Below are positions 38,901 to 55,699 of a stretch of DNA of 64,000 bases, one piece after another (position 1 is the first letter of the stretch; each line of letters begins with the position of its first letter). Source of the stretch: the human T2T-CHM13v2.0 reference genome, Homo sapiens; NCBI RefSeq assembly GCF_009914755.1, contig NC_060935.1. One strand, written 5' to 3'. Position numbers and translations under genes: made by a program. A model generated the notes under the pieces. It searched no databases. It saw only the letters and a list, made by a program, of their open reading frames with translations, and was not told where the DNA came from.

Positions 38901-41437
38901 CCCTTCCTGGGTTGGGTGACCCCTCCGCCCTATCTGTGTCTGCAGGTTGGGGCTAGGCAGTGCTGGCCAGCATCTGACAACCTCCCCTTTCTGTTCTTGG
39001 GCACTGCTCACTTATTCAGGTCTCAGCCAGGCAGCCCCTCCAATGGTAATCTTCAGAGTCCCCTTCAGCAACACAGCTTCCCCTCTGTGGCCCAGCTCAT
39101 GCTGAAGTAAACAAGGCAATGTCATTAACGGCTGGTATCAGCTTGTACGGGGAACCAGTGGCCCCAGAAGCCTCTGGGGAGGCCCAGGCTGTGAGGATCA
39201 GGGGTCCGGAAGAGCCTCTAGAGCGGGAGAAAGAGGCCTCAGGGGTCCCTCCTCACAGGGGATGGTGACAACACGGTAGGGAATGGAGGGGTCAGGGCTG
39301 GGTCCAGGACACGGTGACCCTGGCCAGAAAAGGCCGGGCCTGGCTGGCACCCGCACGAAGGGAACGGAGCCAGTGTGGAAAAGCAGGCCCGCGTCCTCTT
39401 CTGCACTCCCAGCCCCTTTAAACTACACACAGCTTGTAGGAAGGGGATCAGAGGCCCCTGGGCGTCCCATGGCTATGCTGCACCTGGGGACATGAAGCCT
39501 AGGGTAGCTCAGCCAGCTCTGGTCACGGCTGACAGACAGCCTCACCCCAACAGCCTCACCCATCCCTCCTCAGGGAACAGGGTCCTAACAAGCTGCTTTC
39601 CCCATCCCAGTGTTGAACAAAAACTCATGGGTTTAGACAAGAGTGAAGGTGACTCCTCCACCACCCATCCCACCTCCAGCAGGCAGCCACCCCCAAAATT
39701 ATTGATTTATTAATAAATCAATGACAGGTGCCAGCCAGCCCCACCTGTCCCCAACCTGCAAATGCAGACAGGGGTCACTTGGTCCAGGGAGAGGAGACCC
39801 TCAGTGGAGGGGAGACACCCTGGAGAGGGGACCCCATCAGCAAAGGGGAGCCCCAGTTGGAGACAGTAAATAGGCAGACTATTCACTGTCTTCCCCCTCA
39901 AGCCAGGCCCACAGAGTCACAGAGTATAGCCACCAGCCTCCTGGGCCCACCCGGGAGGCCCCAACCACACTCCCCCTGCTCAGCTCAGCCCGGATTTCTG
40001 GATTCTGCTGCCTGCCAGGGATCCTGAGGAGGAGATGGTATCAGAGCCTCACCAGCCCTTCTCATACCCAGGAGTCCTCATGATGATAACAGTGTGTGCG
40101 CCAGGCTGTGCAGGTGCTGGCCGGGATCCTCTGAGGGGACGAGATCTCCATGGGAGGGCACCACTCTGATGTCCATCCTGGGCTTCCGTGGCCCTGCCTG
40201 GCCACTGCCCGCTGCTCTTGGTCAAGATCATGGACCCTCAGAGGCCAACCAGGCCTCAGCCTGTGCCTACAGCATCCTCTCTACTGCCGGGCTTCTGAAT
40301 TGCTCCTTCCTCCTGTCTTCCACCCAGAGCAAGAACGAAGGGGAGGCCCCCAGAGCCCTGCAGCGCCGGGAGAGACTCCCATCCCCACCCCGCATGCCAT
40401 CAACACAAACTGCCGGAGAGTTTAGGGGATCCCACGACTTGGGGTCTCCAAAGAGACCCCCAGGACATCTCATCGAGACCCCCCTGGGCACTGCATGCTC
40501 AGGCTTCCCACCCCTGGCCCACCCCATGGGGTGTGCCCAGTCCCGCATCTCACCCCATATCCATGCATGCATGCATGAACCTGAAAGCACCCCACACCCT
40601 CTGGTGCTCAGTCCTCCCCTCCTCCCTGGGGTCCCCTCCCCTCCCTGCCCCCCAAGCCTTGCATCCCCCTGCAAACCTCACAAGGGGGAACTATTTACTG
40701 TCCTGAAAGCAGAGAGGGCCCTTTTCTTGGGACCTCTCCGCCATCTCTGCCTCCACTCCCAGCTGCTGTCAGCTCTGGCCTGGCCCCTGCAGGAAGCAAT
40801 CACTGGTCTCCCTGTTTCCCATCTGGCCCCAAGGTCTGTTCTTGCCCTTCGACCAGAGAGGTTTGAAAGCACAACTCGGGCCCTGCGTGCCCTGCTCCCC
40901 AGGGCTCCACACCTCTGAGCACCCACGCAGTAACGGAGGCTCCCAGCCCCGCCTCGCCCCAGGGTCCCCTCCAACACTCTCTGGCCTTGGGCCTTTGCTA
41001 TACCCGGGGCCTGGAAGGGCCCCCTCATCCCCCAAGTGTCAGGCAAAGGTCTCAGAGCACTGTCCCTGCCCGGCGTGCTTGGTCCTGACTGCTAGGCCCC
41101 AAATCATTCCTTTTCCCATTACCTCTTGGTTTCTCTGTAGCTGGGGTCACTACCCCAAATTCTTGAATTGACTGACGTGTCCAACTATTTCATGTTTTCC
41201 CCCTCTACACTGGGAGCCCTACAAGGGCAGGGCCCCCTGGGCAAGAATAGTGCCAGCCAGGAGCCCCTGGAGAAGATAGCTACACATGTGCCCCAGGCCC
41301 CAGATGGCACTCAGCCCTGCCTGTCAATGCTGGACATAGGGCAGTTTTTATCCTGGCTTTCTACACAAGGAGGAAAGACTAACCATGCCAGCGGGCAGCG
41401 GCCGGATCACGTATGTCAGTAGAACTCTGACCCCTGA

Positions 41438-45480
<4,043 letters not shown>

Positions 45481-47464
45481 TGGATGTTGATAACATCCAA
45501 ACTCTTCTGCCACCCCTTTTAATAGAAAGCTGTACAACTCCCCAACCTGCCTGGGCGTGTCTGCCCAAGATGAGTGCTAGTGGCCGACTCCCTGCTAGAG
45601 TGAGCACTGCATAAACAGCCTCTGCTTGTCCTCATTTGAGTGATCTTCATGTATTCCACGAGAAATCAAGGCACAGGGGTCTCATGGTCTCATGAATGGC
45701 TCCACCAACTGAAGGTGTGCTCCATCGGGGCTGTGAGTCACCTCACGCCAGGCAGAAAGGTCTCTCTGTCAAACATGGCTTCAAGGAACCAGGGACCTGG
45801 TTCCTCCCACAGGCCAGGCCCTGCCCCTAAGTGCAATGGGAATATATGCACATGTCACCTGTCCCAAAATGCTGGGAGATGGCATTTCTGCAGATGGGGA
45901 AACTGAGGGACCAGCCCGAAGTCACGGGGAGGGGAAGACTCCTACACACAGGGAGGAGAAGAACCCAGCCGGGCTGCAAACGCCTGCCCTTCCTCAACGT
46001 GCCTCCGGCTGTGCCCACATCGCTCCAGCAGCTCTGCCTTCCTCAGGCATAAGCCTTCTCAGGGCAGGGGAGGCCCAGGGAGCGGCGCTCCCATCCCAGG
46101 CCGGGCTGCTGAGCAAGCCCCTCCCCTTTCTCCCCTCATCCTCTGACAGAGTCCACCTGAATATTTGTCCTGGAGCCAGGATGGAAGCTCCACCAGGCCC
46201 AGCTAACAACAGGAACCCTTTCAGACGCACTTCTGGGTGCGTACTGTGCCAGTATCACACAGACACAAGCCATGTCCTTGTCAGCCATGGGATCCCCAAG
46301 GTCCCCATGAGGTCACACCAGTGGGCCACTGGGAAGGGCACTTCAGATGTGGAGCTCCCATGGGCCAGGCCCTGCGAAGTGGTCCTCCTACCCCCTCATA
46401 GCCAGTCTTCCCTGTGAGCCTGCAAGTGCCTGTGAATGTGAGTTCCACTCTGGAGCTAAGACGGGCTGCTGCCCCCGCAATCAGATGTCAGGCCCATGAA
46501 GCCCTCCATCATCCCACTGCAGTCAGAATAAAATGCAGCCTCCCTCTGGCCTCCAGGTCCCAAGGCCAGCCCCCCTGCCTCCCAGGCTCACACCTGCCCC
46601 TAACCTGTGTCCAGCCCCTTTCCCCTGGCTCTGTCTCCTGCTTCCCTTGTGTTCCTCCAACCTCACCTGTCTGTCTGGAGTGCTCCTCCCCGGCTCTGCC
46701 TAGCTGGCTCCTTCTCAGGCATCAGGGCCTGGATCCACTGTGGCTCTTCCAAGCCTCTGCACTTGGAGTGCCTCAGCCCCGTGGTTGAGGAGTGCCCCAA
46801 CCCCGTGACCCTCTAGCAAGCATCCTAGGAATTCCGTCCCTCCCCAGCACTGATATGACCATCGTGCTGTGACACGTGTCATCTCCGCCAGAGTTGCAGA
46901 TCCTCCAGGGGAGGGGTCTGCTGCCTGGCTCCCACAGCCAGGGCCTGGAACAGTGCCTGACACACAGCAGGCACCCACTAAATATTTGATGCATGGCTGA
47001 AGAGGACAGGCAGGCTGGCTGCTGGCTGGGCATGGCCTGCTTCTGAGGCTGGTGGTCAAGGACACAGTGTGCATGGATCTGCCCCCTCCTCCCACTTCCT
47101 GAGAGTGGAGCCAGTGTCTCCCTCCACCTACCGCCCCCTGCTGAGGACACAGCTCACACCTTTAACGGGAAATGTCCCCATCACTGGGGACAGCAGGGAG
47201 CTGATGGGAGAGCAGGTGTCCAGGACATCCAGAGAAATGTTTCCTCACACTGGAACCCTTTTCTATTCCCTTCTAAACAAAAAGAATCCTCGAAGACTCT
47301 CAAGTGACCATATAGTGTCTTTTCTTATAATGTCACTTCGACAGGCACAAAATGTAAAACCAGGCATAAACTACTAGTGCTTGCAGTTCTTACGCAGGCA
47401 TGAAGCCAAAACCAGTTTACAAATTAACCACCAAGAAAACCGGTAGAGCACAGATGATGACGAT

Positions 47465-47655
47465 AGAGCTGTTTTGTCCAATGTGAGCGCTACTGGCCAC
47501 CCAGGGCCATGTGAATTTAAATTACGATGAAACACAATGAAAAATTTGGTTCCTTGTGGCCACATTTCCAGTACCCAGTAGTCATCTGTGCCAGGGGGTT
47601 ATCCAGGTACAGAACATTCCCATCGTTGCAGAAGGTTCTATCAGCTAGCACTGGG
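47465..47655. mobile_element. MER3/MER33-like hAT MITE
   Basis: TGTCCAAT...AGAACATTCCCATCGTTGCAGAAGGTTCTAT motif. Confidence 0.6.
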
Positions 47656-48399
47656 TTGGACGACACTTGCCAAGACGAGCTGGCTAGAGGATGGTTCTCC
47701 GGACCTGGTCCCACGTGGTTCCCAGGTAAGCCCCCGCCCAGGATGCAGCCCCGTTGTCCATCAGTTTTCTTGGAGAGGGCATGGGAAACCTTCGTCAGTG
47801 TGTCATCTCCTGCAAAGGCCTTCGCTCCTTCCTCTGGGGAGAAAGCACCCTTCACTCTCTGAATCATTAGCCCAAAGCAGTAAGTGCAGCAGGCCTGGCC
47901 CCACACCTTCCGGAAGAGCCACGGTGTGAGGCTGGCATCCCTGGGGCACGACACAACCAGGATGTAGACGAAATAGATGCAATATCTGGAGGTTCTCCTA
48001 TAGGTGTCTCTGGCCTCCTGGACACTTCACACTGTTCTGGGAGCTGCCCTCTCAGGCCCCAGTGACCTTTTCAGATGCAGACTCCCACAGCATGGGTCAG
48101 CAATTCTCCCCTTCCGTGAGACAGGGATTGGTTACCTGTACTAGGACCTTGAGGCCAACACTGACTAGGGGGCCTCATGCCTGCCCAGGTTCCAGCCCCG
48201 GAGAGCAATGTGAGCAAAGCTTGCTGTCTTTGCAAAGCCAACCACTGTGGCATCAACTCCTTCAGGAAGCCCTCCCGGATTGTCCAAGGTGCTCACCTCC
48301 TTTGGGGAGCCCTCCCAGATTGTCCAAGGTGCTTGAGGGAGGGAGGAATGGGTTGTTCTCCCGGCACCGGGGCTGCACTCCTGGGCAGACGCTGCATGC

Positions 48400-49750
48400 C
48401 TGTCCTCAGGCGCGGCCCTGCTGCCACCCCCTTGGGGGCTCGGAGCGCGACAGCAGCTTGGGGACGCCTCCCGCGCCCAGCACGGTGCACCTGGGCCCTG
48501 AGGTCCTGGCCGAAACGCGCCAAGTTGGGGGTAGGTGCAGCGACCCCATACCCCTCGGCTGCGCGCCCTGGCGGCAGGAGGCGGGGCCGGGGGCGGGGCG
48601 TGAGCTGGCCGGGGCGGGGCCTATGGAGGGGCGGGACCGCGGCGCCCTATAAGTACTGCGGAGCGAGGCGCGCGCCCGGCCAGAGAGCGAGCGCGCAACG
48701 GCGGCGACGGCGGCGACCCCACCGCGCATCCTGCCAGGCCTCCGGCGCCCAGCGCCCCACGCGCCCCCGCGCCCCCGCGCCCCCGCGCCCCTTTCTTCGC
48801 GCCCCCGCCCCTCGGCCCGCCAGGCCCCCTTGCCGGCCACCCGCCAGGCCCCGCGCCGGCCCGCCCGCCGCCCAGGACCGGCCCGCGCCCCGCAGGCCGC
48901 CCGCCGCCCGCGCCGCCATGGGAGTGGAGGGCTGCACCAAGTGCATCAAGTACCTGCTCTTCGTCTTCAATTTCGTCTTCTGGGTAAGGGCTGCGCCGGG
49001 GGCCGGGGCGGGAGGGGGCAGGCACACACTCCACGTTGGGCAGGTCCCGCGGCAGCGTGCTAGGCCCCGCGGGCGCAGCGCGGGCCGCGAAGTTGTGGGG
49101 CCACCTGTGGGCTCCAGGAGCGGGGTGGGGGGTCGCCCGGGGCCACCGCGCCCCCCGACATTGGGGCTGAGGGCTGCGAGCCGAGTTTCGGGGCCTCTGT
49201 GCTCGGGGGCCCACCTCTGCGGCCGGGCCGGGGCTTCTGGGGGCCGCCGGGCAGTTCCCGCTGTGGTGGTGATGGGTGCGGTGGTCGCGGGTCGGGACCC
49301 GAGTACCCGGCCGCCCCTCAGCTAAGGAGGGGCCTGCGCGGGTCCCTGGCCGCGGATTCCGGACTGCTGCTTCGCGGGGACGAGGGGGGGGCTCGCGGGC
49401 GGGACTCCTGGCGCCCCGCCCCCATGAGCTCATCAAGAGCCGCCGCCCCTGGATGGTGGGGCGGGGGCGCACACTTTGCCGGAGGTTGGGGGCGATCCGC
49501 CTCACTCTTTCCCCAGCCCAGCTCACTCTCCAATCTGCGGTCACCACCCGAGACCTTCCTGGGGGTCGCGCCTAAAAGGAGCGCAGACTCCCGCCGGGAT
49601 GGCCCAGAAGCTGGGGTGCGCGCACCCTGGCCGTCCCTGCCTGGGAGCCGATCTCCCTCTCCTCACCCAGACACGTTCCAGCGGAGGCCTCCTCCCAGAA
49701 GGGCTCTGGAGGCCTCGCAGGAGTGGGGATCCCGCGGTTCTGAGTTGGCA
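48400..49750. promoter_or_regulatory. CD81: CD81 CpG island promoter
   Basis: Very high GC and CpG density. Several GGGGCGGGG Sp1 boxes at 48580-48635 and TATAAG at 48648-48653, about 30 nt before the likely TSS (~48678). GC-rich 5'UTR runs to 48917. Confidence 0.92.
48918..48983 (+). CDS. CD81: CD81 tetraspanin, coding part of exon 1 (MGVEGCTKCIKYLLFVFNFVFW)
   Basis: Translation matches the CD81 N-terminus/TM1. Strong Kozak context GCCGCCATGG; splice donor TGG|GTAAGG at 48983/48984. Confidence 0.98.
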
Positions 49751-50577
49751 CAAGGAAGAGAGTGGCACCAGGGGCCTGGAGTGGATGGCAGGGTCTGGGA
49801 GTGGGGCCGCTGCTTTGCAAGAGGGGCCCCCACGCTGGGCATCTTTGGGTGCCAGCGTGGGTGGAGGAGGGTCTTTTGCTGAGAATGGCTTTCTCCTGAC
49901 CGCAGTCTTTGCTGCTGGGAAGTGACTGATGGGCTTTCGCCTTTTGTTTCCATTTCCTGTCGGTGTTAGAATTGGGGAGGGGGTGGAAATCCCTTCTTGG
50001 CCTGGAAGGACTGGAGTGGGTGTCCATGGCCGCGGCCTCCCCGTGGCCACGCCCCTGGGCATAGACTGCAAGCCCCTCCCCGTGCCCCCCAGGCTGTCAC
50101 CCCCTTCTCGTGGAAGACTCGGCTGATGTCCCAGTGGACCGAGTGTTTCTCAAGTTGAGGCAGGGAGGGCAAACTTTTTAAATGGCCCCTGGAGCCAGTG
50201 TGTGGGACCAGAGACATCTGTTTCCCATCTGGACGGCTGAGGATCCCAGTGCGGATGATTATTTGGAGGGGGAAGGACGGAGGCTGAACTGAACTCTTAG
50301 CTGGGAGATGAGTGGGGCAGTCACATCCCACCTTCCCCAAGCCGGGCTGTTCTGCACAGCCTGCTTGGGACGCTGGTGGGAGTCACTGTGGCCTTCGGCA
50401 CTGCCCTGGCAGTGGGGGCAGCTAGGCCATTTGGGAGGGGCTCGCCTTCCCCAGGCCCGGCCCTGGGACCTCAGCGGTTGCTTAGTGGTGGCCTGCTTCA
50501 GCCCAGGCATGTGGGAGAGGCACCAGACACAGGATGTCCCTCTGCCAGCCCCTGAAGCCCCGTCCCCTGACGAGGCG

Positions 50578-50945
50578 AGTGTGGACCTGGGGGTGGGGGC
50601 TGAGGGAGACTGTGGACCTGGGGGTGGGGGCTGAGGGAGGGTGTGGACCTGGGGGCAGGGGCCGAGGGAGGGTGTAGGCCTGGGGGTAGTAGGGGCTGAG
50701 GGAGAGTGTGGACCTGGGAGTAGGGGCTGAGGGAGGGTGTAGGCCTGGGGGTGGGGGCTGAGGGAGAGTGTGGACCTGGGGGTGGGGGCTGAGGGAGAGT
50801 GTGGACCTGGGGGTGGGGGTTGAGGGAGGGTGTGGACCTGGGGGTAGGGGCTGAGGGAGTGTGGACCTGGGGGTGGGGGCTGAGGGAGGGTGTGGACCTG
50901 GGGGCAGGGGCTGAGGGAGAGTGTGGACCTAGGGGCAGAGGCTGA
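50578..50945. repeat. G-rich ~30-bp VNTR (GTGTGGACCTGGGGGTGGGGGCTGAGGGAGA) in CD81 intron 1
   Basis: About 12 tandem copies. Confidence 0.93.
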
Positions 50946-53900
50946 AGGGGAGTCACGGGAGGGGACTTCTCCGGAGGTGGATTTTTGCTCTCTGGACGGT
51001 GTGTCAGCACTGGGTGAGCCCCTCCTGCCTGCCCAGGCTGAGAGGTCTCCCTGGCAGCCCCCTGGGAGTGTCGCCAGGGCGGGCCTGGAAGTTTCCCAGG
51101 CAGCTGGGGTGGAGACCTGACACATCCCAAGGGTGCTTGTTATTAAGGCTCAAGGAAATGTCTCTGAGGCCTCACCGCTCCTCTCCCCAGGGCCTGCTCC
51201 CTGCAAAGCATTGAGAACTGAGTCCGTCCACAGTCACTGTGGACCCACCCATCCACTGGGGCTCAGTGGTAGCCAGCAATGCCAGGCTGGGTGAGGTGGG
51301 GTTGGTGGGCACCACCCTGGTGGACCCCCCTCCACCCTGGTGCCGCAGGGTGTGTGGCTGAGAGCACAGTGCCATGGGCTTGGGCCTCCTTGGTGGAGTC
51401 CCCAACACACTGCTCTGGTCCTGGGCCTCGGCCTTCCCCGTCTGCAGTGGGGGCCCACAGTGAGCCTACCTCCTGGTGGTGTTGGTGGATTTGCTGACAT
51501 GCCTGAGTGTTGACAGGGGGCTTGGTGCAGGAAGGGCTCAGGGCGTGGGTGTTGGCCAGGGGTCCAAAGGGACCTCTGCCTCAGAGAGCCCAGCCCAGAC
51601 AGGCAGGATGTGCAGTGGGGAAGGGGCTGCGGGAACCCTGCAGGGTCCAGAAGGACACAGTGCAGTCCTGTGGGCTCTGGGGAGGCTGGTGGGGAGGAGG
51701 TTGACAATGGATATCTGGGTGGGGCACTTGTTAGAAGTTCCATTTTAGAGAGGAAAGAGGCCTTGCCTGTGGGAGAAGGCAGCTGGGGTAGCCTGACCTC
51801 TTTCCCAGGAAGGAGCCCACACACACACGCACAGGCACTCACACACACGAATGTGCACACACGCACACTCCCACCTTCACACACACTCACACTCTTGCTG
51901 TCTCCCTTCCCAAGCCAAGGTGCGAGGGGGAAGGTCTGGGCAGCATGCACCTGCGCCCTGACCGCTTTGGGGGCCAGTGAGAACTGGGCTCCCTGGGTGC
52001 GTGGCGGGCCCAAGCAGGGAGGACATTGCAGATGCCCTGGCCAAGCAGCGTGGAAATCCTGTCCCTTGGGTGGGTCTCGGAGCCTCCATCAGAGGCGGCT
52101 GGCACCTGAGACCCACCTGCTGCCAGGAGCAGGGCAGGAGAGTTTGTGTCCCGGGACAGGGAACTGGCCTGTGGGAGCCTTGCCTTCCTCATCTGTGTAA
52201 TGGATATAAGAGTCTTCTCCTCGGGGGCTGGCCAGGGAGTCCAGAAGAGGTGTCACCAGTCCCCGCAGGGAGAAGAGCGGTGTCCCCCGCCTGGGACTGG
52301 CTGCTCCCCCAAGCTAATGCAGCTGGTAGCCACCTCCCAGTGGCAGGGCAGCCAAACCCGGCCGGGAAAGAGACTGATTAGAAGCCTCGCTCACGGGTAT
52401 TTCTCGCTTCCAGACAGCACATGACTGTCATTTGGCACGTCTTTCGCCGTCCTTCCGGGAGAGGGGCTGCAACCCTGGCAGGCGCTGTGGGGGAGGGGGC
52501 TAGGACATCCTGTGCCTGGTTTCACCAAGTGGGTGTGTGGACTTTCCCTGGCTCCCCCAGGCTGTCTGGCTGCACAGCTTTGGGGAAACGGCCACTGGGT
52601 CAAGCGGGCCGAGAAGAGGAAGTCTGTGGTTTGTCTCTGCTACAGACTGGCCCCAGTGAGGCTGTCCAGCAGTGCAGGGCACAGAGCAAAAGCAGGGAGG
52701 TATGGGCCTACTTCCCCGGTCGCCCCTGTGGCTGGCTGTGGCTCTGCCGGGTGCTGACAAGTCACTCGCCCTCCCTGCGGTCACCAGGGTGCATGCCCGA
52801 AAGCCCTCCATTCTTTCCTGGGTTTGAGGGTCCTTCTCCTGCACCCACCCCAGCGCCCAGTTCAGCTCAACTTTCAGAAATCTGGTTCACCCCCAATCCC
52901 TTTCTCATAACTGCTTCCAAGCCCAGACAAGGAGACAGACCCCAGAAGATCCCTACCCCTATTTCCGCACCTGAAATCGCACCACGGGAAGAGCTTTGCT
53001 CATAGAGTCAATAAGGCTTAGAGTCCAGGCGCCTGTGCGAGGGAGCAGGTCATCACCCTTGTACCCACCGTGGTTTTAGACAGGACCCTGAGGTTGGGGT
53101 GGGGCTGGGGCTGGAGAGGAGCCAGGTGCCCTGCCCCTTGCTTGGGCCCCGTGTCCCTGTGATCCAGGCTGGGCGTGCTATGGGTGCTGGGTGATATTCC
53201 AGCCCTGCAGGTGTCCGCCTTGTTCCCAGCACCCCTCTGGGCAAGAAGAACCAGGCTCTCCCAGAAATGGGCTTCAGTGATCTCCACTTCCAAGTCGTCC
53301 CCACCTGCCTTGTAGGACACAGTGGTACCTGGTATGCTGGGCAGCCTTCCAGGAACCTCTGGACTTACTCAGTGTCCCCCAGCCCTACACACCATTCTTT
53401 GTGTTTCTGGGCCCAAACTAAGCCCCCCAACCTGGGCTGCAGAGCAAGTGCTGAATCATGAGAGACCCTTGAGGGTCCTCCAGGTAGGCCCCCAGTGCTG
53501 GAGGAGTCCCCTCAGGCAGGGGGCCACGCCCAAGGGTGTGGAAGGTCAGCTGGCAGCCGGATCTCACTTTTGGGGCTGTAGGCTTCCTGCACTGGCCGCC
53601 AATGCCATGGCCGTGGGATGGCCAGGATAAGGCATCTGCCCCCCACCCCCACCCCCCGCACAAGGTCTTTGAGGGCTGCGGGCTCAAGGAGTTGGCGGTA
53701 GGGCTGGGGGACCAGGGGCACAGAGCTTGTAAGCGCCTCTCTCCAGGATGTGGGTGGCCCAGCAGGGGAGCTTTGAGAGTCCAGGTGTGAGATTCCAAAT
53801 GCTAGGGGCCTGAGAGGAGGGAGCCACCAGCTTGGCCAGAGCCTGGTGGATCACGCCCCCACCACGCCTTGCCCTTCTCTCTGGTCATGTGCTCTCCCAC

Positions 53901-55699
53901 CACGTTTGGAAAGTTACTGCTTCCCTCTTCCTCAGCCCCTCGGGCTCCCAGTTATGGAAGTGGCGTGATTCAGAGAAGGTAAAGGATGGGAGGGAGAGGG
54001 CTGGGTGATGGGGGACCCCGCAGGGCGCCCTGTGCTGTTACATGGAGCTCCAGGATCAGGGCAGGTGGGCAGCCTGGGGTCCTCACTTCTCTCCCCAGCC
54101 AGGCCAGGTCCCTCACAGCCCTGCCAGGAGCATGATATCCGCTGCGGTGCAGAACTAATCTCAAAGCTCAAACCCAGGTAACAGTGTAGGTAAAACAGAT
54201 GACAGGGCATGAGACTCACCCCAGGACAGGCGAAGGACCCAGGCCGATGGGGGCCCAGAACAGTCCTGATCCTGGAGCTCCTTCCCGAGTGGGACCCCAG
54301 GGGTTTCCGAGGGGCTTAGAGTAGGGCTTAGAGGCTTAGAGTAGGGCTAGGGACTTCCTGGCTTCCCTGCCTCGGGAACAGCTGGTCCTGGAAGGGGCTT
54401 GGTCCTCGGGGCACTGGTGCCCACCACCCCTGATGCCTGGGAGACACCAGCATCCTCTGAGCATGTGTGCGTCCTCCTGGTCCCGAGGGAAGTGACTCCT
54501 CACATCCCCCAGCTGGCGGGGCCAGAGGGCCAGCATCCTCGCCTGACACCTATTTTTAGATGCTGAGACAGGCGGCTTCCTCGGGGCCAGGGGCCCTGTG
54601 AGTGGAGCTTCCGCTTCCTGGCCTAGGAGAGAATTCCTGCTCCTCTTCCCTCCATGCTGCCTTTTCGCCCCTGGAGGCCACAACGGGGTCAGAGGGGCAG
54701 CTGCTCACCACCTAGGAGGGCCTGAGAGGGCCCTACGTCACCCAGGGAGGAGTCTGGCCCCGTCCCCAACCTCCACACCCAGGCCTGGCACTGCCCCTTA
54801 TTGGTGGGCAGAGAGTGAGGGGTTGGCCTGCAGGGACCCAGGCTGGAGGGGCCGTTCACCTCCGGCCCCCAGCGTCCCTTCCTGGAAGCACCTTGGTGAG
54901 CCCCTCCCCTCCTTCACCCAGTATCTCCAGGGGTACTTCCTCCTTTCCTTCCTGCCTCAGGGCCTCACTGTCCTCCTGGGGAGGGTGTCTCAGGCCCCAG
55001 CACCTCCCAGTGGCTGAGCCGAATGGGCACTTCCCGGTGTGTTTCCCATATGTGCAGTCCCTAGGTGTCGGTGAGCAGGCACAGAGCCCGCAGCGTGGCC
55101 CTGCCTGGTGGACCCCCTCCCCAAGAGCATCAAGGGAGGGCCTGGACTAGAGACACACAGATGCCCAGCCTGTACGTAAAGGCGGGTGAGCTGATGTACC
55201 ATCGTCCTCGTCCCCCACTGGGGTGCCTGGGCAGGACTTGGGGTGACCACTTGGCCCGTCTGGGTGGGGGTAAGATATGGGTGGGGCGACCAGATCCCTG
55301 CCCTTTCCTGCAGCTGTGGGGGTGTGTGTGCTGGCCTGGAGAGCTCCCACCCGAAGTTCTGGCTCCTGGCTGTCCGGGGCCTGCGGGGGCAGCGAGCAGC
55401 TGGCATGGGTAGGGGAGCTGACCTAGGCCTGCCCGGGCAGCGCCTGCTGCCTTTTGCTCCCTTTCAGCTGCTTCTTGGAAACAGCGGACAGGCTGGGCAG
55501 GAACCCAGTGTGCTTGGCAGCCCCCCTTTTAAAGTCGATTCTGTTATTTATTAATTCCCAGGAAGGAGAAAGAAAGAAACAATCCTTCATAGAGTACAAA
55601 CACTGCTTTTAGTAGCCTTGCAAGGAGCCCTCCAGGAACCCCACAGGTTACCTGGGCTCCATCCTGAGAGCCACCCTCCATCCCCAATCCCCAGCAGAG

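Noticed and set aside
38156-39011. Repetitive STDGVPSPAGAP mucin-like ORF; spaced repeats superficially like a CRISPR array
   Set aside because: A simple minisatellite with no unique spacers, no splice or promoter support, and a eukaryotic context.
48177-49325. 382-aa ORF spanning the CD81 promoter, exon 1 and intron 1, suggesting an N-terminal extension
   Set aside because: Stop-codon scarcity in a CpG island explains it. It starts upstream of the TATA box and reads through the splice donor; only 48918-48983 is real CDS.
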